Origin: a bacterium
Lineage (GTDB): Bacteria; Patescibacteriota; Microgenomatia; JAMCZE01
Assembly (NCBI GenBank): GCA_021836035.1
Contig: JAKBJL010000002.1
Span: 151,282 to 215,281 of the forward strand
Length of the DNA: 64,000 nucleotides
Direction of reading: 5' to 3'
The notes under the pieces were generated by a model, which ran no database searches, was not told the DNA's origin, and saw only the letters and a list, made by a program, of their open reading frames with translations. Every line of letters starts with the position of its first letter. Position 1 is the first letter of the stretch. Made by a program: the position numbers and the translations under genes. This document shows positions 1 to 7,487 of the stretch, piece by piece.

Positions 1-2006
1 GTCGGGTCTCCCGGGGGGTAGGTATTTTTTTGCACTACCAGATGGCCGTTCTGCAAAGAGTTGGTAAAGGTGCAAACTACCGCGTCACCGCTTCCTATTT
101 CGACAGCGTTTAATAAGCCCGGAGAATAAATATTACCGTTTTTAGTACAGTCCAGGGCAGAATTGTAACCCGTTAATCCACCCGTCTCGGAAACATAATA
201 GGTACCCGTATTTACCTTCTTAGCATCGGTCGTTAAAGGATTTCCGCCGCCGGAACCGGTCTGTTGGCTAAAAACTTCACTTCCTCCCGCGGTGGTCCCG
301 ATATTTAAAGTTGTCTGGCTGCCGGTTCCTACCCAAACCTTTTTCAATTCGATAGTTCCCGACTGGCGGGTATTAGTATAATAACAATCGACAATTCCCC
401 CGCCACCTCCGCCGATTGTGATCGTGGCGGTCCGGGAATTTAAATCGGTCAGGGCTTCAGTATCATTACCCGAAACATTGCAAGTTAAACCAGTCAAAGA
501 ATATGTTACTGGGCTATTCTCCGTAACGGTATATACTCCGGGAGAAACAGACAGAAAAGTTCGTGTCCCGCTGTCATCGAGATTAAATCCCGTCGGGGTC
601 AAACCGTTTGTGGTAAATCCGAATCCGCTTCCGCCGGCCGGATCTGTTGTTTTATGAATAGTAATTGTACTTGGGGGAATTATGGCGCTAGCAGCTAGTT
701 GTAAATCTTGGCTGCCGACATTTTTATCAACGCCATTTACCGTCAGAGAAACCTGATGGATATGATATGGAGAACCATCGATATTAATAGCGGAATTACC
801 TATTTGCCAATCACTCTGCGAAGCTATATGACCACCAAAAGCTATAACAACATTGCTGGTGCCGGAGGTATGCGAAGTAGCATCCCAATCAACACGTACT
901 GTAGTCGTGCAATCGGAACTGCCGACATTTTGACTTTCGTAAGTAAAGTGGGTCAGATTTAAACCCCAGGCTTTTATCGAACCCGCTATCTGGCTATCGA
1001 TAAAGGTATTTGATCCGCAGGCAACAGGAAACGAAGTTAAAGTATCATCGTTGGTTACGGAAACCTGGCTAGTCGGTGTAGAAGGAGTACAGGCAACACT
1101 CATGCCGCTAACATCTCCGCAGGGATTGTTTTCATTAGCATGAAGGCTGTTCGGCGAACCTGTTGTTTCCGTGTAATCATAATTTCCCAGATAATCTATA
1201 GCGTGTTTACCGCCTTTGGTTACATCATAGGAAAAAGTATATGAGCCGCTCCCCGATTCCACATTGTTAATAACTACCCTGTAGGAGAGAAAGTCGGCCT
1301 CATTCCAATGAGCTTTTTGTTTGTTTACATCGCCCTTTACCCAGTTACCACCGGAACAACTCTCGGGAGCATTTCCGATACCCCCGTTAGCACATTGGAG
1401 GGGATCAACGCTTAAAGGGCCCCCGCCACCACCCGGACCCCCTCCGAGAAGAATCGTAAAATTATTGTTACCTCCGGAATTTTTATTGCTTTTACCGCGG
1501 AGGACTCCGCTCGTACCCAAAACATCTCCCAAGGTCGCCCCCCCGGTAGAAACCGGGGCTTGCCCCAAACCTTCTTGCTTCGGGGTTGGTTCAGGCGAAA
1601 GAGTTGGCGTAGGTTCTGGCGAAATTGACGGTCCCGGCGTCGGGGTGGGCGTCAGATTTTCCGTCGGCAAGGGCGTTAACGAGGGATCCGGGGAAGGCGT
1701 ATATATAATAGTATCCGTAGGGGTCGGTGTCAGTGATAATTGTGGAGCGGGAGTGAGTTCGGGGGCGGGAGTCGTTTCCGGGGGAGTTACTTCCGGTGTC
1801 GGGCTTATCTTCGCTGTATCGCCGGGGCTTGGGTTTGTACTTGGACTTGGACTAGCACTTATGCTCCCGGTGGGCGTACCTGTCGGCGCATCTTCCGCGT
1901 AAATAATCCTGTTAAAACCGCTGAAAAGGACGGGAGAAAGCAATTGGAATACCAGGAGAAAAATATTGACCGCTGATAAAATCCGGTAAAAGTTTTTCCC
2001 GCGCAC
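1..2006 (-). CDS. Large secreted surface protein, N-terminal ~668 aa only (3' end beyond window start). Signal peptide, Pro/Thr-rich linker, Gly-rich segment, then repeated ~110-aa prealbumin-fold (Cna-B/SdrD-B-like) modules
   Basis: Minus-strand frame stays open from a GTG at 2004-2006 to position 1. It is absent from the ORF track because there is no in-window stop. N-terminus MRGKNFYRILSAVNIFLLVFQLLSPVLFSGFNRIIYA-EDAP looks like a signal peptide. It is followed by a PT-rich stretch, a GGGPGGGGGP run, and repeated units ending ...VxCxYTN / VCTFTN. The plus-strand ORFs 418-1976 are its antisense shadows. Confidence 0.6.
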   Translation of the reverse strand, partial: MRGKNFYRILSAVNIFLLVFQLLSPVLFSGFNRIIYAEDAPTGTPTGSISASPSPSTNPSPGDTAKISPTPEVTPPETTPAPELTPAPQLSLTPTPTDTIIYTPSPDPSLTPLPTENLTPTPTPGPSISPEPTPTLSPEPTPKQEGLGQAPVSTGGATLGDVLGTSGVLRGKSNKNSGGNNNFTILLGGGPGGGGGPLSVDPLQCANGGIGNAPESCSGGNWVKGDVNKQKAHWNEADFLSYRVVINNVESGSGSYTFSYDVTKGGKHAIDYLGNYDYTETTGSPNSLHANENNPCGDVSGMSVACTPSTPTSQVSVTNDDTLTSFPVACGSNTFIDSQIAGSIKAWGLNLTHFTYESQNVGSSDCTTTVRVDWDATSHTSGTSNVVIAFGGHIASQSDWQIGNSAINIDGSPYHIHQVSLTVNGVDKNVGSQDLQLAASAIIPPSTITIHKTTDPAGGSGFGFTTNGLTPTGFNLDDSGTRTFLSVSPGVYTVTENSPVTYSLTGLTCNVSGNDTEALTDLNSRTATITIGGGGGGIVDCYYTNTRQSGTIELKKVWVGTGSQTTLNIGTTAGGSEVFSQQTGSGGGNPLTTDAKKVNTGTYYVSETGGLTGYNSALDCTKNGNIYSPGLLNAVEIGSGDAVVCTFTNSLQNGHLVVQKNTYPPGDP

Positions 2007-2110
2007 TTCCGCAGTTTAGGACAGTAACACTTACCCGATAGTATTCTTAATAAGCTAACTTGTCAAGAACTTAGATAAAATTCCTATTAAAAAAATCCGA
2101 GAAGGAATTA

Positions 2111-2829
2111 ATGAGGAGGTCGAGAAAAGAACCAAGGAAGCCATCGAGAAACACGAAAGTTTAAAATCATTTTCCGCCCTGGTTTTTATTATATTTTTTC
2201 TCCAAGTTCTTCTTCTTAAAATTCCGTCGGTCTATGCCCTTTATTCCTCTACAGTTACCATTACGGGAATAAATATTCAGGTAGAAAATTATATTACCAT
2301 TGATATTAAACCGGGGTCCGACGACAACCCTATTAACCTCAAGGCCCACGGTCTTGTTCCGGTCGCGATTATTAATAATGCGTATTTTGACCCACAGAAT
2401 GTTGATCCCGCATCCGTCAAATTTGCCGGAGCAGCGGCGGAAAAATATAAATTTGATGATGTCGACCACGACGAGGATAAGGATCTCGTCTTCTTTTTTG
2501 ATATTCAAAAGCTCACGGATTTAAACGAAAGCAGCACAAAAGGAAAACTTACCGGGAAAACCAAAGGGGGAATAGATTTCTGGGGTATAGACTCTTTAAA
2601 AATTGTCCCCGATTCATCAAAGTCAGACTCACCCGTAAAATTGGATACAATTTCGCAAATAAATATAACCGAACTTGCCTCTACCGGTTCTGCAACCCCA
2701 CCCGTCCTGACCCCGGTATCCTCGCCGACTCCTGCTCCAGAATCTTCCCCCTCGCCTACTCCCGATGTCTCGCCCACTCCCGCTCAAAACCCTTCTCCCA
2801 CTGCTTCGCCTAGTGCGCAAACGCCCTAA
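2111..2829 (+). CDS. Secreted protein with C-terminal Pro/Thr/Ser-rich tail, interrupted by an apparent 1-nt frameshift near 2155-2162
   Basis: ATG at 2111 preceded by GAGGAGG-like sequence. It encodes MRRSRKEPRKPSRNTKV and then a stop at 2162. Starting at 2158 the adjacent frame encodes SLKSFSALVFIIFFLQVLLLKIPSVYA-LYSS and stays open to the TAA at 2827-2829, with no ATG/GTG/TTG start of its own. Joined by one extra A in acgAAAg, the two give a textbook signal peptide with a positive n-region, h-region and VYA cleavage site. Confidence 0.45.
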
Positions 2830-2860
2830 AAAGCGAACACCCCCGTATTGGAAAAAAGCA

Positions 2861-2894
2861 GCCCGCCGGAATTTAAATCCGCCGGGTTGTTTTT
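2861..2894 (+). terminator. Rho-independent terminator-like hairpin (7-bp GC stem with one mismatch, 9-nt loop) followed by TTGTTTTT
   Basis: gcccgccgg-aatttaaat-ccgccggg then ttgttttt, about 30 nt after the stop of the 2111-2829 gene. Confidence 0.45.
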
Positions 2895-3040
2895 GGGGGA
2901 TCAAAGTTTGTTTTAATTCTTTGGGGATGATTAGATCTATATATCTTAAAATGTCGGACTACTACGCAGTAGCGTAATACTTTTACATTGATATAGTTCG
3001 ATACGGGCAACTTCAAACGCCACCCCTTGTGAAGGTAAAC

Positions 3041-3110
3041 CCCTGTACACACCCACTTGCATACTCGCCGAGTATACTGAGGCGATATCTCCGTACCAAT
3101 AAAGCTTAAC
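3041..3110. repeat. Copy A of a ~45-nt imperfect direct repeat with core GA.T.TACTGAGGCGA.A...CCGTA.CCA
   Basis: cttgcatactcgccgagtatactgaggcgatatctccgtaccaa here, against cttgtgcacccgacgactgtactgaggcgacacccccgtatacca at 3538-3600, about 80% identical. A third partial match gcgaacacccccgtat lies at 2833-2848. Confidence 0.5.
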
Positions 3111-3131
3111 GGGGGCAACTGGTTATAGTTA

Positions 3132-3494
3132 TTATGTGTTTAACTTAGATAGGAACTTAATAAAATCGGTTTGTCTTTTCCCCTCCAACAGAACTCCTTT
3201 CTCTGTTTTCGCATCAGAAAGGTCACTTAACTGCAACCAGAATTTTTTTATACCGTTGGGAATAGGCGGATGGGTCGTTTCCTGACCGTTACTTATCCCG
3301 CGTATCGGATAAAGGTCTTCACAGGCTTGGAGAATCGGGTCGACAAAGGGCATCTTATCCCGCTTCCACTTTCTTATTATTCCACTATCAGATAACCTAT
3401 CCCAAGGTTCAGCCAGATTTCCATCACATATTAACCTAATGCCCGCGCGGATTATCTCAGCTTTCAGATGACTTGAATTTTCTTTATTTGTCAT
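3132..3494 (-). CDS. Hypothetical protein (120 aa), no recognisable family
   Basis: ORF MTNKENSSHLKAEIIRAGIRLICDGN... bracketed by repeat copies A and B. Confidence 0.4.
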   Translation of the reverse strand: MTNKENSSHLKAEIIRAGIRLICDGNLAEPWDRLSDSGIIRKWKRDKMPFVDPILQACEDLYPIRGISNGQETTHPPIPNGIKKFWLQLSDLSDAKTEKGVLLEGKRQTDFIKFLSKLNT

Positions 3495-3537
3495 GCACTG
3501 AGTTTAGTTATAAATTTTTTCAAAAGCAACCGCTTAT

Positions 3538-3600
3538 ACCCGCTTGTGCACCCGACGACTGTACTGAGGCGACACCCCCGTATACCACCGTACTTCCTTC
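3538..3600. repeat. Copy B of the ~45-nt imperfect direct repeat
   Basis: See copy A. It lies between the divergent starts of ORFs 3132-3494 (-) and 3627-3845 (+). Confidence 0.5.
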
Positions 3601-3626
3601 TTCCATAAAAAGTCTATAATTAAATT

Positions 3627-3845
3627 ATGGTGGAGAGATATTTGGGATCGGAAGAGGTAATTTATAAATTAGAAGCCTGGGAAAGCGAACGCTTTTTACA
3701 AAAGACGCTGGCGGCTAATCCCCTCCCTTGTCCGGCCGAAAACGCTACTCCTATACAAATTACCTGCCTGGCGGGGGATATCGAGCGAATCGAAGAGGTA
3801 TTTACGAGAATCGGCCTGACGATAACCCCTATCAGAACCGGTTAA
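3627..3845 (+). CDS. Hypothetical small protein (72 aa)
   Basis: ORF MVERYLGSEEVIYKLEAWESERFLQKTL..., no recognisable motifs. Confidence 0.3.
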   Translation: MVERYLGSEEVIYKLEAWESERFLQKTLAANPLPCPAENATPIQITCLAGDIERIEEVFTRIGLTITPIRTG

Positions 3846-3913
3846 AAATAATATCATCTGGCTACTTGCTATTGATTTGACAAAAGATTAAAAATATTTA
3901 ATACTAAACCGGC

Positions 3914-4696
3914 ATGCTTAAGAAGCTTTTGTGGTTATCCTTAATTCTTATTCTCCTATCGAGTTTCCGACTCTCTCCTGTTGCCGCTAAAAATAACGAG
4001 GGGGAAGACAATACCCCGGAAGTTGACGGTATTTATAATGTTCCCGGCCGCCCGGACCTTAAATTACGCGTATTTGTCCACCGCGGCCGCCCGGATAACG
4101 GGAGTAACAGCTCCTTAACCTGCGGCCTTGCCGATCCCGATTCATCATCCGCCGTCCCCGGCGCGGGCTGGCACCTTCCCGACGGTACTTGGACTTACCA
4201 TCTTAATCTGGCTAAAACTCCCGCTTCTGTCGGAGGAACCAATTTCGTTAATTTAACCGCTGCCGCCTTTAATACCTGGGACGCAACTAAAGTCGGGCAA
4301 CATGTAACTTCTTTTACGCGGGGCAGCGATACTACCCTGACCCGGAAAGCTCTTGACGGCCAAAATATTATTTCCTGGAGCAAACTCGGCGGCGGAACTT
4401 TGGCCGTAACCTATACCTGGTATTACACGGCAAACCAGCAGGTCGCCGAGACCGACACTCTTTTTAATACCCGCTATCCCTGGAGCTGGTCCGGAAACGC
4501 GACCTGCGCCGACCCCAACTCTTACGACGCGCAGAATATTTTAACCCACGAGCTGGGTCATACCATGGGGCTTAATGATGTTTATAGCAAAGAATTTGTC
4601 AACAATACCATGTACGGCTACGGAGCAAAAGGGGAAGCGAAAAAGGATACTCTTACTACGGGAGACATTAACGGAGTAAACACCCTCTATTATTAG
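3914..4696 (+). CDS. Secreted zinc metalloprotease, metzincin of snapalysin (M7)-like type
   Basis: Signal peptide MLKKLLWLSLILILLSSFRLSPVAA. Zinc motif HELGHTMGLND (HExxHxxGxxD, third ligand Asp as in snapalysin) followed by a Met-turn NTMYGY. Confidence 0.75.
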   Translation: MLKKLLWLSLILILLSSFRLSPVAAKNNEGEDNTPEVDGIYNVPGRPDLKLRVFVHRGRPDNGSNSSLTCGLADPDSSSAVPGAGWHLPDGTWTYHLNLAKTPASVGGTNFVNLTAAAFNTWDATKVGQHVTSFTRGSDTTLTRKALDGQNIISWSKLGGGTLAVTYTWYYTANQQVAETDTLFNTRYPWSWSGNATCADPNSYDAQNILTHELGHTMGLNDVYSKEFVNNTMYGYGAKGEAKKDTLTTGDINGVNTLYY

Positions 4697-4742
4697 TCCT
4701 TCGACTGCGCTCAGGACTAGCACCTCGCAAGGTTCGGTGCTA
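4694..4742. terminator. Two overlapping 7-bp inverted repeats (tagtcct..aggacta, tagcacc..ggtgcta) between the convergent genes 3914-4696 (+) and 4740-5006 (-)
   Basis: Perfect 7-bp stems read directly. No U-tract, so the terminator role is inferred from position only. Confidence 0.35.
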
Positions 4743-5006
4743 GTTCACCGGCTTCCCTGTCTGCATCCGTCCCTCCGTCATAATCAGGAGTTTCTCCAAT
4801 TCGGCGACAAACTTTTTTGCGTGGCTCTTACTCATCCCCACCCGGGAAACAATCCGCGTCTGATTGGTATTCCCAATCCGCTGACTAATATCCAGGACGA
4901 CCCCGTCCTCATTGACCGACATAAAAATATTATCCGTGTATAAAATAGGCGTAGTGTCCAAATTTAAATTAACGGCCATTTGCGGTTTATTCGCTTCTTC
5001 GGCCAT
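4740..5006 (-). CDS. DUF3467-family small protein (88 aa)
   Basis: ...PILYTDNIFMSVNEDGVVLDISQRIG....RIVSRVGMSKSHAKKFVAELEKLL matches my recollection of the DUF3467 pattern (..EFVLDF...RI.LTPQHAKRLL.AL). Confidence 0.45.
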   Translation of the reverse strand: MAEEANKPQMAVNLNLDTTPILYTDNIFMSVNEDGVVLDISQRIGNTNQTRIVSRVGMSKSHAKKFVAELEKLLIMTEGRMQTGKPVN

Positions 5007-5132
5007 AAATAATCACCCCCTGCGGCAAGTATACCAGATGGAAAGCGGGATGGTAGAACAGCAGGGCAGCGCTATACCACGATAGCCCAGATTAAATCGG
5101 GGTTAGGAAGTCGGGGAAAAATAGAAATAGAA

Positions 5133-7358
5133 CTAGAACCGAGGGGCAAGAACGCGGTGACGGATGCGGCGGACAATAAGCAAAGCTGCGAAAAGGGGCA
5201 GAAGTAAAAGCAGCCAGGCCAGATTAATTTTTAAGATCTTCTTACCGCCTAAATTAACCGTCGCGGCTAAAGATTTAGCGCTATTGTCAACCCTTGTTCC
5301 CGCGATAAGACTAACAACGCCGTGATATGCCGGAGCGTAACCGGAATTACCCAGTACCTGCCCGGCTGTCGTCGTTACCGGATCGCTTCCGTTACTACCC
5401 GCGCTATTACTTGTATTATTAATACTGGTACTTGAACTGTTACTTGTACCGTTATCACTACTGTTTCCCACACTTATATTATTGCTTGTACTTGTATTTG
5501 AACTATTACTGTTGTTTGCCGGCTTACTTGCTCCCGGCGTTAGAAAATCTCCTACCCAACTGCCGAAAACGTTAACCACCGTGACAAATAATTTCCCGCT
5601 GCCGACAATATTGTTGTCCACAAAATTAACGATATTGGCAATAATTTTTGCGTCACCGGTATGAATGATATTATTCCCGCCCGTGTTTTGGCTGGTATTG
5701 TTGCCGCCGGTATTAGCGGAAAGCGAAAGGTTATTGACAATACTTGCGGAATTGGACTGGACCGTCGTTGTATTGCTGTTTTGGGAAGCACCGGCCGTAT
5801 TGCTCGAGCCGCCGCCGTTGCCTCCGTTAGTAACGCTGATTTGGCCGCCGGGATCCGAGGAAATTTCCATCCCCGGGCTGGCGGCGACATTGCCGTTTTG
5901 ATTTCCCCCGATCAATTGACCGATCCATTGCCCGGCTTTATTAATAATCACCAGAAACCAATTGCCGCCGCTGAGATTATTATTGGCAACATTTACCACA
6001 CCAGCGGATACTTGGGTATTCCCGGTAACGATATCCGTCGCTCCGTTGGTATTCAGGCTCCCAAGGTTATCGCCGGTGTTGGCTGCTAAATTTAAATTAT
6101 TGGTAATCGTCCCGTTATTATTTTGCACCGTGGTATTCGTTGCCGAAGCACTGGCGGTCGCGATATTAGCCGAACCGCTGCCGTTGCCGGAATTATTGGC
6201 CAGAATAGCGCTGGCGGTGGCGTTAGTTGCTCCGCAACAACTGCTCAGCGCCGATTCCGGAAAAATAATATCCCCGACTAAATTTCCGTAAATATTAACA
6301 ACGCCGTAAACTATATTGCCGGAAATATTATTGTTGGCAAAGGTTAAAACGTTGCCGTTGACATTGGCGTTACCGGTAGCAATGGTATTATCCCCGCCCG
6401 TATTTTTACTTGCGGTATTCGAGCCGGAATTAGCCGCTAACACCAGGGTGCTGCCGACATTAGCGTCATTATTTTGAAAACTATTTTGGGTATCCGCCCG
6501 CGCGGTTGTTGCCGCGTTAGTACTGCCAGCCCCGTTATTGGTATTTCCGGCGCTCAAACTGGTACTACCGCAATTTAGGACGCAGTGGGCCGCAAAATTT
6601 AAAACGATATCCCCGGTATGGTTGTCGTTAACATTAAATTCCGCAACGGCAATCCCGTCCACGTTGGTATTGACCGCCGTAATGGCCGTACCCGAGACAT
6701 TAGCGTCACCGGAAGTAATCGTTGAGTTACCGACGTTGCCGGAAGCGGTATTAGCTCCCGTGACCGTTTGCTGGGATAAATTATTATTGATCGTCGCACT
6801 GTTATTTTGCGTACCGGAAATCGTCGCTGAACTGCTGGCTGTCGCCATATTCGTCGAGCCGCTGCCGTTACCGGAATTCGTCGCGCTGGGATCGCTCCCG
6901 GTGTGACCGCCGCCGGTAGTGCTGTTATTGTTCCCTGTGGTTATCGCGGTGACATTATTAGTAGCGCTTCCGGTAGTAATTTGGGCAGCCCCGGTAACTC
7001 CGTTTTGACTCTGGCCGCCGGTTTGGTTTCCGTTTGCGGGCATCGGAGTGGGAGTTGGAGTCGGAGCTTGCCCCGAAGCGCCCTGGTTTGGGGTCGGGGT
7101 GGGCGTAGGACTAACCGTGCCGCCTGCGGCTACGGGTGTAGGGGTTGGGGTAGGAGTAGGGCTGGGCGACAGAGTGAGTGCTTGCGGCGGGGTGGGAGCG
7201 GGAGAGGGAGAAGGGGCAGGACTGGGTGCTGTAGGCGCTGTCGGAGCAACCGGCGGGGTCGGGGTAGGCGTCGTATCGGCCAGAACCGCGCCTAACCCGC
7301 TTTGAACGAAAATCATTGCCGCTAAAGCGATGCTGATAATTAAATTTTTATTTTTCAT
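5133..7358 (-). CDS. Secreted Asn/Gly/Thr/Ser-rich tandem-repeat surface protein (741 aa). N-terminal signal peptide and PT-rich linker, C-terminal hydrophobic anchor with a basic tail
   Basis: MKNKNLIISIALAAMIFVQSGLGAVLA signal. Linker TPTPTPPVAPTAPTAPSPAPSPSPAPTPP. Repeated units with SGNGSGS.N...ASGN.G...TG.AN motifs and paired Cys (HCVLNCG, SSCCGAT). C-terminal KINLAWLLLLLPLFAALLIVRRIRHR. Paralogous to 7488-8723. Confidence 0.8.
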   Translation of the reverse strand: MKNKNLIISIALAAMIFVQSGLGAVLADTTPTPTPPVAPTAPTAPSPAPSPSPAPTPPQALTLSPSPTPTPTPTPVAAGGTVSPTPTPTPNQGASGQAPTPTPTPMPANGNQTGGQSQNGVTGAAQITTGSATNNVTAITTGNNNSTTGGGHTGSDPSATNSGNGSGSTNMATASSSATISGTQNNSATINNNLSQQTVTGANTASGNVGNSTITSGDANVSGTAITAVNTNVDGIAVAEFNVNDNHTGDIVLNFAAHCVLNCGSTSLSAGNTNNGAGSTNAATTARADTQNSFQNNDANVGSTLVLAANSGSNTASKNTGGDNTIATGNANVNGNVLTFANNNISGNIVYGVVNIYGNLVGDIIFPESALSSCCGATNATASAILANNSGNGSGSANIATASASATNTTVQNNNGTITNNLNLAANTGDNLGSLNTNGATDIVTGNTQVSAGVVNVANNNLSGGNWFLVIINKAGQWIGQLIGGNQNGNVAASPGMEISSDPGGQISVTNGGNGGGSSNTAGASQNSNTTTVQSNSASIVNNLSLSANTGGNNTSQNTGGNNIIHTGDAKIIANIVNFVDNNIVGSGKLFVTVVNVFGSWVGDFLTPGASKPANNSNSSNTSTSNNISVGNSSDNGTSNSSSTSINNTSNSAGSNGSDPVTTTAGQVLGNSGYAPAYHGVVSLIAGTRVDNSAKSLAATVNLGGKKILKINLAWLLLLLPLFAALLIVRRIRHRVLAPRF
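5440..7000 (-). repeat. Intragenic tandem coding repeats (~90-aa units) of the 741-aa surface protein; limits approximate
   Basis: The SGNG.GS / NTGG / TGNAN / VNN motifs recur periodically in the translation. The many antisense ORFs across this span are low-complexity artefacts of the same repeats. Confidence 0.5.
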
Positions 7359-7438
7359 TTTAATAAATTATCTAATAAAAATTTTTCCGGACCCCTTCAG
7401 TGATAATTCAGTCTTTAGGCTTATGCTCTTGGCGTAAG

Positions 7439-7468
7439 GTGCTTATCGGAAGTGCACGATAAGCACCC
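7439..7468. other. Perfect 11-bp inverted repeat ggtgcttatcg-N8-cgataagcacc
   Basis: Read directly. It lies about 20 nt past the stop of the 7488-8723 gene on the minus strand and about 85 nt upstream of the 5133-7358 start. No U-tract follows. Confidence 0.5.
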
Positions 7469-7487
7469 TACTAACCAAAAAAGATGC

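Noticed and set aside
418-1976. Plus-strand ORFs 418-657, 708-962, 1321-1902 and 1740-1976 (Gly/Pro-rich translations)
   Set aside because: They are antisense shadows of the continuous minus-strand surface-protein frame (1-2006) and are low-complexity.
2167-2508. Minus-strand 113-aa ORF
   Set aside because: It lies entirely inside the better-supported plus-strand secreted-protein gene, and its translation is low-complexity and Ile/Asn-rich from AT-rich antisense sequence.
2873-3118. Minus-strand 81-aa ORF overlapping repeat copy A
   Set aside because: No RBS, an implausible Cys/Arg-rich translation, and it spans the intergenic repeat element.
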